Source: the human T2T-CHM13v2.0 reference genome, Homo sapiens | Length of the DNA stretch: 64,000 nucleotides | Direction: 5' to 3' (one strand) | NCBI RefSeq assembly: GCF_009914755.1 | Contig: NC_060932.1 | In this document: one piece after another, positions 26,200-39,745 of the stretch | How the letters are laid out: each line of letters starts with the position of its first letter | Position numbering within the stretch: position 1 is the stretch's first letter | Translations under genes and position numbers: made by a program | Notes under the pieces: model-generated | Seen by the model: only the letters and a program-made list of their open reading frames with translations | What the model was told of the DNA's origin: nothing | The model's database searches: none

Positions 26200-26900
26200 T
26201 GAACACACGGGCGGGCTCACTGTTGGCAGCGGGGAGGAGGCTCCTGGGCTGGGCTGAGCCCAGCCACCCTCACCCCAGGGGCCCACCACCCCACCTCCCC
26301 CTCCTGTTATGAAACCCACGGGGACAACCACACATGTGGGCAGCCGGGGGCTTTCCTCGAATTGACAACAGCTTCTCGCTGTCGCTCGGCAGAACATGAG
26401 CTGCTTACATAAACACTGCCTCAGAGACACCTGCAGTGTGGGACGCAGGGAGTCGGAGGAGGGTGGAGGGAGAGGCAGAAAGCTGCAGGGTGAGAGAACG
26501 GCTCCCCACCCCACCATGGAGGGGCCGTCTGTGCATCCATACACTGCACACGCGTGCGCAGACACACACACACACACACAGACACACACGAAGTTGGTTA
26601 CTTTCTCAGCTGTAACCAGGAGGCAGGGAAGAAGGCAATGCAGTCCTCATTCTTTAGAGACTCAACCTGTGTCCCCAGCCCTCCCCACCTCCTCCCACAC
26701 CCCCCTCCAAACTCAGCTTGGCTGGGAAAGGAAACTCCCCAGTCTGCTGTGCTCCTGCAAGCTGAGTGTTTGCAGGTGAATCTACTCCAGGTACAGGAGC
26801 AGCTCCTGAGGGAAAGGGGGTGGAGGGTGAGCATGGAGAGGGAGGGGGAGAGGGAGGGGGAGAGGGAGGGAGGGAGGGAGGGAGGGGCGGAATCCCTGGA
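26200..26900. promoter_or_regulatory. Promoter/enhancer-like module; possible upstream alternative first exon on the minus strand
   Basis: Repeat-free with raised CpG, (CA)n at 26562-26589, 53-nt polypurine tract 26835-26887 ending in a GGGGCGG box. Minus-strand donor-like TTAT|GTAAGC at 26409/26408 overlaps D-box and forkhead motifs. Confidence 0.45.
26835..26887 (+). repeat. Polypurine (GGGA)n/(GGGGGAGA) tract
   Basis: 53 consecutive purines. Confidence 0.95.
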
Positions 26901-28319
26901 ATTTAAGGTTAGAGAATATAGTAGGGGACTGGCCTGGTAAGATGGTATTTGGGGGCCTCTACGGAAAACACATCCTGCAGGTCAGACCAGCATGGGCTCT
27001 GCGGGAGAGGGTGGAGGGTCAGTGCATGCTCAGTGGGAGGGCTCTGAGAGGTGGCAGGACCCGGCCGTGTGGCAGTGGCCTTGGGTTTCCAAGTGGTGCT
27101 TTCTCACTTTTCTGCCCGTCAGTTTACCTGACACACCAAGTGACTGAGATTGCTGCCTGTGAGTTACCCTATTGCTCATATCTAATCACAAAGCGCAGAC
27201 AGGTGGGGAGGGCTTCCCTCTCCGGGCCTGGCACCTCTGGGTTTGGGTACTCTGGCCTCCTTCCTCTGGGATGCTCACTCGGACTCTGCTACTGGCCAGC
27301 CTGAGCAAGTCGGCAGAGCACAGGATCTCCAAACAGGGGTGCATTCCCTGGCTTCATCAGAGAGGAGGCTTGGAGCTCAGGGAACAGAGAGCAAACTGGA
27401 TGTCTAGGCCAAGCTGGATGCCAAGGGGAAAATAGCCCTCCTTTTGAAAGTATTCTTGCATTTTAACTGTCATCACAGTTAAGCCACCACGGGCAGACCC
27501 TGGAGGCTGGAAGAGGGCATCCAGAATGATGTTGGGCTGGTTTCTTATCACAGAGCACCGGGTAGGGGGATGAGCTAAAAATTATAGTTCTTGTTCCCAG
27601 CTTAGCGTGGCTATGGGGCGGGTGGTATCTCCTCTGTGTTCCTTCATCTCTTTAGAGACTGAAAGAGAGGACAAGCCCTTCCCCATGGGAAACATTTTAC
27701 TATGCTCTATCCTAATCTCATCTCAGAGCCCACTCACAGTGAATAGATCTCAGCTAGGAAGGGAAGCAAATATCCCCAGTGACGATGAAGACCAGACATG
27801 GAGGTTTAACTGATCTGTGTGAGGCCACAGAACGAGAGTGTGGCCTCAACGCTCTCAATGTTGACAGAACAGCACTCAACATATTGCATTGCGACATGTC
27901 TGCTTCTGGACTGCCTATCCCACCAGGCCGTGAGCGCCCCAGAGGTGGGAACTATATCTTAGTCACCCTTGTACTTTCAAGCCTCACAATGGGACCTGCC
28001 GAAAAAAGGGCACTCAGTAAACGTCTTGTGAACGCATGAATTGGTGAGTAGCAGAGATGAGATTTCAAGCCAGTGGGGAGAGAAGAACACCTCTCAAAAG
28101 GAATGTTGACTCCAAGAAACATCAAAAGAGGGAAAGAACCTTGAGATTTTCCAATTCCAGCTCTTCAATCTACAGAAGCAACTGAGGTCCAGATAGGATA
28201 GATCACAGGCTCATTCCCATATAGCTAATTGGAGGCAGAGCCAGGACTACCACCGGGCTATTGTCACCACGTTATCCCACGAGGGTCGAGGGTCGGGGAG
28301 GACAGGGAGCCTGCCCAGG

Positions 28320-28700
28320 GGTGCTTCACACCGGGGGAGGTGTGATTTCAGGCCTTAAGGCACACACACGCTTGAAAATAAAACTGTGTAATTCAACAAA
28401 CATCTGCAGCAGCAATGCAATTATCTCTGAGATCTAAGCATTGATCGATGGGAGTTTTAATTACCAAAATTTCTCCATCCTCTTCCACAGAAGAAAAAAA
28501 TTTTCTGGTGTGTTTATTTCATGGCAAAATATGGTAAGATTCTATGGCACACAGAGGGGTATGTTGCATTTGGGAAAAGGGTGTTAAGCACCATTTTTGT
28601 TGTGGCGGTTGTCTCCGCAGATGAAAATATTGTTCCTTTTGATCTCTCAGACTGAAAAGTAGATTGCCACATGCATCCAAATTTGGCTTCAAGTGGGAAT
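28320..28700. promoter_or_regulatory. Candidate conserved non-coding element
   Basis: Unique AT-rich block between MIRs with TAATTA, ATCGAT and TGTTTAT motifs. Confidence 0.4.
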
Positions 28701-30079
28701 AGCTCTACCCAAAGTGGGGCCTGAGCAAGGGGATGGGGAGGAGAGAGCCGCCTGGGGCTCTGCCCAGGGCCAGGACCCTGAAAGGAGTGGATTATTGGGA
28801 GGGGTGACAAAGCACAGGCACTCGAGCCTAGGGGAGACTCAGCTAGAAGGCGAGACAGCAGCCCTGAGTGGGCCCCACCTCTTCAGTGGGTGCCCATGTG
28901 ACCTTAGCCACCTCAACTACTGTCCCTGCCATTTACTTCACAGGGCTTTTGTGAGGGTCAAATGACATGAGAACTTGCTTTGAGAAGCTCAAAGGGCTCT
29001 ATAAATGTGAGGTATTGTTATTTCGGCAGGAGGATGCAGATGGGGGCTATAGATGGCCGCCCTGGGGTTTTAAAGGAAAAACTTGTTCAAAACTGCTCCT
29101 GAGGCAGCGATCACCAGCTTTACACTCGCATTGACTTCTCTTTCAGGGCAGCTGTTGGTGTATGTGTTTTGTTTCTGATGCTGAGACCCTTCCTGAACCG
29201 ATCTCCATCCCTTCACTGAGCAGGTGCTTACTGTATGGCAGGTGCATGTGGGCTCTGGGGACAGCTCCAGGTGGCCCGTGCCCTCCTCTCCGCCAGGTGC
29301 TCTCCCTACTTGCCCTTCCCGATACCTTCCTCCCCATTCTGCAGCCTTCTCTCGGCCATGCAGAGATGGATGTGGAGTGGCCCAGGTGGACCAGTGAGGG
29401 TGGGGAGGGACCCACTGGGGCTCTGGCAGGGGCAGCCTAGACCCAGACTCTGCTCAAAGCCACTGGTTCTCCAGCCCACCAGGAGCTTCTATAGACCTCA
29501 AGACCTTGATGCAGTCCCCAAAGAAGGGGAAGCACGGGGCCAGGGCCAGGGCCTGGGCCCTGCTTGCCCTTGCCAGGTCCCACCACCCTTCCTGCTCTGC
29601 TCTGCCTGGGGGAAGAGGTGGGGACTGACCCCCATGGCTGCACTTCCCAGGCTTCCCAGATCCTCTGGATTTAGTTTGGGTTGAGCCATCTAGAGGTACT
29701 GGCAGGAAATTAAAGTGCAGGAGGGAAGAAGAAGCCAGGATATTCCTACCTCTCCCTCTTGGCGTCCAAAAGTGACTGTGGCCTTGAGTGTGTCCATGGG
29801 GCCCCACAGGGCTCCAGTGTCCCCAGGGATGCCCCAGTTTCTGGACTCTCCCAATCCCACATCCTCCCTTTCTCCATCCAGCCTAAGGGCGGTAGTTGCT
29901 CATTTTGGGGTGCCTCTCACCCTCTTTTTTGGCTCCTCAGACCTTCCTATCACCTACAAGGACTTGTGCCTTTCCAAGTGTCCAAGGCTGGCCAACTTAC
30001 AGACCTGGATGCAGACAGGCCAGAGCCCCTCAGACTCGGGCTTCCTGCAGCTACTGTATTTATCTGTTCACTTTTCTTA

Positions 30080-30620
30080 TGTCTGTCCTGCTCTGCCAGG
30101 CTGAAAACTTCCTGAGTGCAGGACTGGGACCATCTCACTCGCAGTTGTATGTCCCCAGTGCCTAGAGCCATGCCAGGTATCTAATAGACACAAAATACTT
30201 GTTAAGAGAAGAAATTAGTGGAAATCCCTTAAGTTCCAAATAGCGTTCTCCCCATGGGGCAATGCTTCTCCTTTGGGATTCACTCTCCCTCTTTGGAATA
30301 ACTCCCCCTGGAATGAATCTCTGTTGCTGCCTGGATCACACTCAAGCCATCCAGTCCTACATGGATGATCCTGCCCATGACAGAGGGAGGCAGTAGCATA
30401 CAGCAATTAGGGATGAAACTGTGGAGTGGGAGGCCACGCTCCATTACTACTTGTGTGGCCGTGAGCAGGTGGGGACTATTGACTTAACCTCTCCACACCT
30501 AAGTTTCCCCAGCAGTAAAATGGTGCTGAGAGTGGCTACTCTGTCCTCAGGCTGTTGTAAGAATTACTCAAGGTAATAAGCGTAGAAGCCTGGCTACCTT
30601 GTGGGTGTTGAATCACTGCC
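30080..30620 (+). mobile_element. L2 3' end (30080-30212) and MIR (30385-30620)
   Basis: tccccagtgcctagagccatgccagg; acttaacctctcc...aagtttcccc...gtaaaatgg. Confidence 0.7.
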
Positions 30621-31238
30621 ATCCCTGGCTCAATGGGGCAGATGAGGAAGGGGTTGTCAATGATACCTGGGAGGCTTCTCCAACATGTGGCTGTCACTGG
30701 TTTTCTGTGAAGATTAGAGAACCCCCCAGCCCTCCATCTCATTCACCTTTTTCCTGCTTCTCCCTATCCTTTCCCCAGTTCTTCAGAGAAAATAAGCATT
30801 TAGAACTGGGATCCATCCTATCACTTTTCAGGGAAGGAAATGGGGACACAGGAAATCACAGCAGCTTTGCCAAGGCCCACAGCCTGTTATTGGCAGAACT
30901 GGAGACATGGGATGTCTTAGTCCAACTCTAGGAAAGTGTGCGTCAACAGCACCAGTGACCCAGACAGTGCTGGCCACACCCAGGCAGCCCTGCACTGAGC
31001 AGAGGGGGGCGGAGCCAGCAGGGGGTCCCAGTTGAAGGGAGGTGGGTGCTTTTCTTTCTTGACCTCACAGATCCAGGATTTGGGGTGGTGTGGAGAATGT
31101 ACCACGACTTTTTGTCATGCACGCATGGTGATGCTACCATGCCCTATTTTGATCATGAACAGAGGGAGGCCTCAAACTGGCAGAAAAGGGACCGTGGCTC
31201 CCGGAGAGAAAGCAGCCGCAAATGTGAAACTATGAAGG

Positions 31239-31775
31239 TGTATTAATCGTGTCTTTTTATTCTGTAATTTTTGTGCTTTGACATTTTGGGGCCTCACTGA
31301 TCCTGGAGGGACTGCCCCTCCCAGGGCTAATTCCTAGAAATAGGAAACTCCTCTGTGAGAACAATTTGCTTATGAAAACCTACCAGTCCAGTGCCCATAC
31401 CACCAACCACCTCCTCTATCAGATTTTTACACTCCAGGCCACTATCCACCTGCCCAAACCACCCCAGGGTGGGTACTAGACCACTAGGAACAGTCCTTAC
31501 ACCCAGAGCCTATTGAAATGATTCATACTAACCAACCCAACCCTGCTCACCCTACCCCACCTGTTCCTCCCACGATGAAGACTCCTACTCAGGTTTTTCC
31601 CTAGTTCCCTCTGCCTCCCAACCGAGCCTGGGGTATCCCCCATGTGGCCCTGCGAGACATACCCCCTGCCTCTAGGGATCTGTGATTATAAAACTTCCTC
31701 CTTCATGAGAGCCATTTCTGTGTCTGCATGTCTTCCCACACCTGATTAAAACAAATCCCCGACACCATCAAAACA
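31239..31775 (+). mobile_element. Solo LTR, MER74-type (ERVL)
   Basis: TG...CA termini; start tgtattaatcgtg...tgctttgacattttggggcct...ctggagggactgcccctcccagggcta matches the MER74 consensus as recalled. Confidence 0.8.
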
Positions 31776-32199
31776 ACAGGGGCATCTATAGAAAGCAGGG
31801 ATTATGATGCTTGCTTAAAGGTTCAGAGATTCGGACCTGGAAGGATGCTTATCACAATTATCCTTCATTATATCCTTGATCCAAACACTTTCTGATGTGA
31901 GAACAGCCCCAAGGAGGCAGCAGAAAGTCCCATCAGTTTCTCACACTGAGATCAGCCTGCATAGTGTTTGCCACATCACCACTGCTTTGCATCACCCATT
32001 AACACACCCAGATCACTGTCCCAATACTCAAACCCACTCAAAAACCCACACCAGTGACCTGATCTCCCTGTGCCCCAAGGGGCTCTGGCCAGATCTCAAC
32101 CTCCCACCCCCACATCCCTCTCCAGGGAAGGTTGTATCTGCACACTTAAAAAAAAAAAAAGGTGAGCTGAAGGTGGCACAAAATTAGTTCCTTCGACAG

Positions 32200-32620
32200 A
32201 AAAATTTGCTCCTGAAACACTCTGCCAACCTGCTAATGAGTCGTCTTGAACCTTGCGTGGTGTTACCTCTAATTTTGCAGCCTGCTAGGATTTGAGTTCC
32301 GTGGACAGCCTCACATTTGGTTTGGAATTATAGGCTGAGTTGCTGCTCACTCCTATTATTGTGCTGTCAATCTTGTATTAGCGCATTATAATATGGTACA
32401 CTGAATGCATCTGTTCTGTATATCACAGGGCCTCATTGTCATTTGTTGAATCATTTTGTCTTATATGATTGTTAAGCAATTATTTCATCTCAGGTGGCTT
32501 AAATTTTGATTACTGTATACTATTTGCGGGGGATACAAAAAAAAGGGGGGACAACTCCACCATCAGCTGATTTCACCAATTCTCCGCTCCAGGGTTCACA
32601 CATATTTATGTTGGAGTGCA
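32200..32620. promoter_or_regulatory. Candidate conserved non-coding element
   Basis: Unique AT-rich block with repeated ATTGT (SOX), TGTCAATC (PBX/MEIS-like) and TGATTA. Confidence 0.5.
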
Positions 32621-33824
32621 AAGGCTTCCGATGCCCGGACACGTGTCCTCCAATCTGAGAAGGGAACCAGGGAAGGGGCTGGAGTTGATGCATCTTGACT
32701 TAAGGGCTGAAGAGTTGGCAATTTTGGAGGCCAGTGAAGAGCCACGTAGAAAATGTCCCGCTGCCTGCCATCATCAGCAGCTCCTCTTGCTCCCATCCTG
32801 CAGAGAGGGCTCCCACACAGAGAGCAGACACAGGGACCTCTTTAAAATGAAGATGAAATGCACCTGGTTCTACCACCTAGTTAGAAGCAGTTATGAAGGT
32901 TGAAGAGCTGTTATCTGAGATTTATAGCCCCAAATCTATGAGATAGACTCTCCTAATTAATAAGACAAGGATGACTAGAAAGTTGTGAAAACTACCTGGC
33001 AGGGCTTGGAGCCTGCTGTCACCACCACGATGATAGCACTGTCTTTGCTGCTGAGCCTATTAGAATGTCAGGATGTGCATTCTTCTCTCCTAGTGGGATG
33101 GCACGGTTCACCTGGCTATTACAGAGAAGCAAGTGCAGATCGTGACTTAAGGCTCCGGGAGGAGAGTTAATCAGGGAAGAGCTGGTTGACAAGACTCACT
33201 CAGTGCATGACTTGAGAGCACCAAGAGGGGGAAAGGGAGAAGAAAGAACCTCTTCCAAAGGCAGCATCCACCCCCTTGACAAAGGGCCATTTCCCCCAGC
33301 CCGGGGTGCTTTCTGACTTCCTTTGTTCCCCGATGAGCATTTTCTTCCTTGTCCCCAGCCTTCACATAAGTTCAATTCAACATCCTCTCTCTCTTCTCCC
33401 AATGTCCTCTCCTTAATTTTGCTGCATCCTCCAATGTGAATGTTTGCCTCCTGGTCTGGGATCTGTCTTATTCCCTTTATCTCACCTGAAAAAACTCTCC
33501 CCTTTAATCTCTGCTCATTCAAGTCCTGCCCATCCTTCAAAGTATGGCCAAGCTCACCTCTTCCAGAAAGCCCCACCCTGTGGTGTTATCTCCATCCTGA
33601 ATCACAGCAGCACTTACTGTGAGATAACTATCAGGTTACATCTATCAGAGTTCAATGCACTCTCCCCAAATGAAGTGGACACTTGTTGGCAGTAAGAAGA
33701 GAAGCTTTTTGCACCAAGTGGTGCATTCAATGCAATGCAAGGAGACTGTGACGATACTGAAATGAGTATTACCCGGCCCCAGGAGATGAACACCGTCCTT
33801 GCTTGATGCCAGTTCATAAAGAGA

Positions 33825-34055
33825 GCTCTTGTTTATTGAGAGCTTATGAGTGCTGAGGAATTCACATAAATCATCTCATCTAAATTTTCCAACAATCATG
33901 AGATGGTTTCTCTTATTTCCTCCTTTTACGCATGAAGAAACTGGGGCTCAGGAGGTTAGATGACTTTCTCAGAGTCACACAGATAGTACAGGGCTGACCC
34001 AGAATTCAAGCCCAGGTCTGGCAGACTCCAGCACCCGCCCTTTGCCTCCACGACC
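33825..34055 (-). mobile_element. MIR (near full length)
   Basis: tttattgagagctta...gaagaaactggggctcaggaggttag...ttcaagcccaggtctg. Confidence 0.85.
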
Positions 34056-34959
34056 AAGTACAAGCAGCAGGCTGGCACTGGCCTTTCCCTGCTATGACTG
34101 CCGAGCTGGGTTACACCTGCTGCTGGTCCCCAGCACCAGGCACACGACGTAACTGTGAGTCCTCCGAGTATGTGAGGGAGCTGGCACTCACCTTCTGCCT
34201 GAAGCAAAGGAGCTGTGCTCTTCCGTTTCAGTGTGAAAAAGCCTCAGAAGATGCCCAGCTTAGAAGGACACAAGAGACAGTCTGTGGACAACATCTCCAC
34301 TTCCTGGCGTCCTCAGCACTGTTGCTAGTGAAGCTACTCTGCCCAAGGTCTCCAGAGAGCTTCTGAAAGAAGTCAGGACTCATGCATGCAGATGAATACG
34401 CCTCGTGGGTATTCACCAGGTCCTCTTGGGAAGCCAGCTCTGTGTCCCAGGCACACCGTCTGTGTGCAAGAGAAGGGGAGCACCTGAGTTTGGGAACTGC
34501 TTTCGTACCAGCTTATAGGCCACCCCAAGAACCGGCCTCCTGGCTTCCTAGTCACAGACCGCCTGCAGGGTTGACTTATGCATCCTTTTGCAGGAGACAG
34601 GCTCACTTCTCTCCTGTGACTAACATGGAATTACGGGTTAAGGAGGGAAGTTGTACTCACCTGTTGATTCATTTATTCACTCACTTGCTCACTCATCAAT
34701 CATTTCTTCAACAATGAAACCCTTACTAGACAAATACTGACTCCCTGCTCCAGAATAACTATCTGTTCGGTGCTAGGACTGTCAAATGAGTAAGCGTTTC
34801 TTCCCACAGGCGTTCAGGGTCTATTTCTGCACTTTACAGACAGGCAAGACAGAAGTGATCAGAAGCGGCCACCAACCATGGAGTTCAGAAACACGGCACA
34901 GTTCTGGAAGAGGCGAAAGGCGGCTCTTCCATCCATGCTGGTCAAGAGGAAATTCAACA

Positions 34960-35155
34960 CACCTCACAGCCATTGAATCTGACCAGGCGTGTAATACATC
35001 CCATCGTCTTGTCAGTTAGCAGCTGTGGGACCTTGAAGGCTTCTTAAATTCCCCAAGTCTAGACTTTCTTATCTTTAAAATGCAGCTGAAAACAATGCCT
35101 GTCTCATGGAGGTGTAAGGGTTAAATGGAATCATGTAGCAAGCATTCAGCACATG
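34960..35155 (+). mobile_element. MIR
   Basis: agctgtgggaccttg...atctttaaaatg...gggttaaatg. Confidence 0.7.
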
Positions 35156-35721
35156 TCAAGTCCAGGTCAAGGCCAACATGCAGGGGCAGGGAGAGGTGTA
35201 ACCTCTTTCAGTTTGGAGCCATGCAGGACCCTGCCATTTGCAGCCCTTTGGGGTAAGACTGTAGCCCCCAAACATCCTGCTGCCCCAGAGCAGTGGCCCA
35301 GCAGGTGCACTGAGAGCTCTGGTGCACCTGGCATGCCCCGACTCCTCACACAGCAGCAACAGGGACAGTGACAGGGACCTGAGATGGGGTGGCCCACCTG
35401 GCTGGCAGCTGGCACTGGGCACATTGCCCAGAAGTTGGGGAGTTCTCAGGTAGGGGCAGAGGTGGGTGTTTGAGGGAGCAGTTAGCAGCACTGTCTGCTG
35501 TGGCAGGGGTCTCCTGGGTAAGGTCAGAGGGATTCGAGGAGGCCCAGGGATCACCCCAGGGTGGGGTGGGACGCTGCTCAAGTCACAAAGCAAAGTTGCA
35601 GGGTGTAGGGGAGGGGATGGGACTGTTAGTCTAATTGTGACTCATCTCTCCTTATTTTTCTCCTTATCTCTTGTATTTATTTTTTCCAATCCTCCCAAGT
35701 TACTGGGCCTTGAGGACACTC

Positions 35722-35725
<4 letters not shown>

Positions 35726-35761
<36 letters not shown>

Positions 35762-35774
35762 TGTGTGTGTGTGT
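35726..35774. repeat. (TG)n microsatellite in an Alu tail
   Basis: Directly visible; lies inside the Alu TSDs. Confidence 0.95.
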
Positions 35775-35789
35775 ATTTCTATATATATA

Positions 35790-36400
<611 letters not shown>

Positions 36401-36770
36401 AACGTATTTACCGAATGAAGTTTTATGATGTTCTCTAGCACTTTTTAGTTTATTGTCTTTAAAAAGAAACCCTCTGAAGTGTCTCTGGAGAATACAAACG
36501 CATGCGCGCATGCACACGCTGGGAACAGGAGCTGCTTCAGTAGGTAACTGAGTGGGAGGGAGGTTAGCTTTTCACTGTGACCCTTATCTGTACACCTGCT
36601 AACTCAAAATAATTTAATAACAACAACAATGACAATAAAAAGGGAGTGAGTGCTCTCATTTTAATTGCTGTCTACTTATTTCCAGTTAATTGTCTTCCCC
36701 TGTGGTGGCCTGCAGGGGACTCCACACATCTTCTTTAGGACATAACTTATTGGATGCAGGGCCAACCTAG

Positions 36771-37070
<300 letters not shown>

Positions 37071-38129
37071 CGGATGCCCCAACCCATCCAGTTCTAAAAG
37101 GACCGGCCACGGGAGAACCCTCAGTCTTGGCCCCTGCTATGAGGGTGGGGCTTGTAAGTGAGGTGGCCGTGGCTTCTGCCTATCTCTGGCCAGGCTCCTG
37201 GAGCCCTCCTGGGCTGGGCCACACCAGTTTGCTCAGGGGCACTGGTACCGCATCCCCAGATTTCCAACCAGAATCTCACACATCACTATGACATCATCTT
37301 CCTAAACCATTAATTTCATGCTATTCCTGTGCCCAGAAACCTGCAATGCCTCACTTCTGTCCCCATCAAATCTCAGTGTTCTGGGCCTCTGCCACCAGGC
37401 CCTTGTGCCCAGCTGGCTGGTTCCTCACTTCTGTCCAGCACGCCACCAGGCCTTCTCTTCTTCCATGTCAGGAAGTGCTGGGCTCAGGATTCTTACACCT
37501 TATTCCCCATGCTGGGAGCTCCCATCTCTCCGCTTTCCTGGCTAACCCAGGGCTAATCCTGGCCACAGGCTTACTCCGCCAGGAAGCCTTCCAGGCTTCG
37601 GCAAACTCCCATATGCTCAGTCACTATGTGATTTAACCACTGAGAAGTACCTCTCATAGTTTATTCAAAAGTATGTTTGTTTTGTCTTCTCAAGTGGATC
37701 ATAAGCTCTCTGCATTCCCATAGCACCAGGCTTACTGCCGGGCACAATCTTCAAACCTCGAAAATGACTTGATTTGATTTGGACTCAAAAGACCTGGGTT
37801 TGACTTCTGAGAGCCTGAGTTTGCACAGCTACAAAATGGGGATAATTTTCCTACCATACAGGATTTGTTGAAATCAGAGCTCGGGAGAGAAGCACCCATT
37901 TTGGAGCTGGGAAAAGGAGGAAAAGAAGACCATGGGAGTGAGAAACAGCAGGAGGCAGAGGCTGGGCCATCTGAGCCCCCTCAAAATCCAGAACAATGCA
38001 GGGGCTGAGAAGAGGAAGGTGGAAGCTGGGCTTTGGGGAGAGACCCCAGTCCCCTTCAGAAGATGCCACCCTGTTCTCCTTTCTGCTCTAAGGCTCCGGG
38101 GAGCTCAGAGTTTAGGGAGATGGTAAATG

Positions 38130-38640
38130 GGAGAGAAAAATTAAAGGCAAGAGAAGTCTAAGGAAGTCGTCAAAGCACAGCCAAGCAAACAGAACCCTTA
38201 AAGGAGGTAAAAGGTAATGCCGTAAATTACAGCTTAAAAGCCTCGTTTTGGGCAAATTGCTTTTTAACAAGCAGACAACCTCTATCAATAGCATCTACCG
38301 TATGTTTTTATAAAGTGCAGAAATATGTTTTTAAAAGGCCGGTAAATAAAGTTCCTATCGATTTGAACTCAAGTGTAATCTGTTTTTCTGTCTGCCACCA
38401 ACACTGGTAATAAAGCAGAATCATGTAATACAGTATTTCAGCTAATGTGACTATACATCACTGCAGGGACGCCCTGCTCGGTGGCGATCTATCATTTTCT
38501 ATTGGTATTGCTTAGCTGCAGAATTTATAAACTTGCTCCAAATTGATGCAATGTTCAATTTTCTTTTCCAATTTATTTTTGGTTGAGCCAAGCAATATTG
38601 AGGTCTCTGAGCAAGCCGCTGAGCACCACCAGATGTTACC
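38130..38640. promoter_or_regulatory. Candidate conserved non-coding element
   Basis: ~500 bp unique AT-rich block with ATCAATA, TATCGATT, GTAAATAAA and GTAATAAA motifs and retained CpGs. Confidence 0.5.
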
Positions 38641-38889
38641 TGGAAGACCTCATGCTCCTTGATAGGAGTGAGGAGAACATGAGCCAGTACTTGCCACTCT
38701 CAACAGGCACAGAGACAGAGAGCCCTGGAAGGAGATAGGTGATGGAGAAGAGGTAGCTTCCTCCCCTGGGGGCTCAGTAACAATTGCGCTCTAGGAAATC
38801 CAGGGGCTGAAGGTGAAAGGCAAGAGAACATCCAAGAGAGAAACTGCAGTAATGAACACTCAAGAGTCTGAGACTTTCACTAAGCTGCA

Positions 38890-38998
38890 GACATCAGTTC
38901 AGTAGGTCTGGATGGGGCCCGCAATGGCACATTTCTACCAAGTGGCCAGGGAATGCCGATGCTGCTGGTCCACGGTCCACACTTTGGGCAGCGATTCT
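38890..38998. mobile_element. MER5A-type hAT DNA transposon fragment
   Basis: ttcagtaggtctgg...catttctaccaag...gatgctgctggtcc...ccacactttg. Confidence 0.8.
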
Positions 38999-39446
38999 CT
39001 AGAATTTTAGGAACTTTATCTCAATAAGCAACCTCAAGTCATAGACTTACAAATTTCAGCGTTGGAAAGACCCCAAGGTGAAATCTGGTGCATTCTCCAT
39101 TCTCCATTATTTACATGGGGAAGGTATCATTAGCCCTATCTTTCAAACTCCCAGCTTCCCCTCTCTGTGCCCCAGTAGCACTGTGGGGCACACCTTCATA
39201 GTGGCACTTGCCACATCACACTGTGTTGTCCACCAGACAGAGTGTGTCTAGAGGTCACTATGTTCAGAGGCCGCCTGGCAGGTGGCAGGTAGCAGGCAGT
39301 GTGGCGCACAGAGTTTGGAATTAGACAACATGGGTTTGAGTCCTGACTTTTACCGGCAAGCATGCTTGGTCTTAGGCAAGTTACTTTACCTTCTTGAACC
39401 TCACTAGTAACTTGGGAATAAAGTTCTTTCCTCAACATCTTCCCCC

Positions 39447-39745
39447 TTTTCTTTTTTTTATTTGAGATGGAGTCTCACCCTGTCACCCAGGCTGGAATGC
39501 AATGGAGCAATCTCAGCTCACTGCAACTTCTGCCTCCCCAGGTTCAAGTGATTCTCCTGCCTCAGCCTTGCGAGTAGCTGAGATTACAGGTGTGCACCAC
39601 CACATCCGACTAATTGTTTGTATCTTTAGTAGAGATGGGGTTTCACCATGTTGGCCAGGCTGGTCTTGAACCCCTGACCTCATGATCTGCCCACCTCAGC
39701 ATCCCAAAGTGCTGGGATTACAGGCGTGAGCCACTGCTCCCGGCC
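39447..39745 (-). mobile_element. AluS inserted in a MIR (39290-39830)
   Basis: Full dimer with MIR halves on both sides. Confidence 0.93.
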
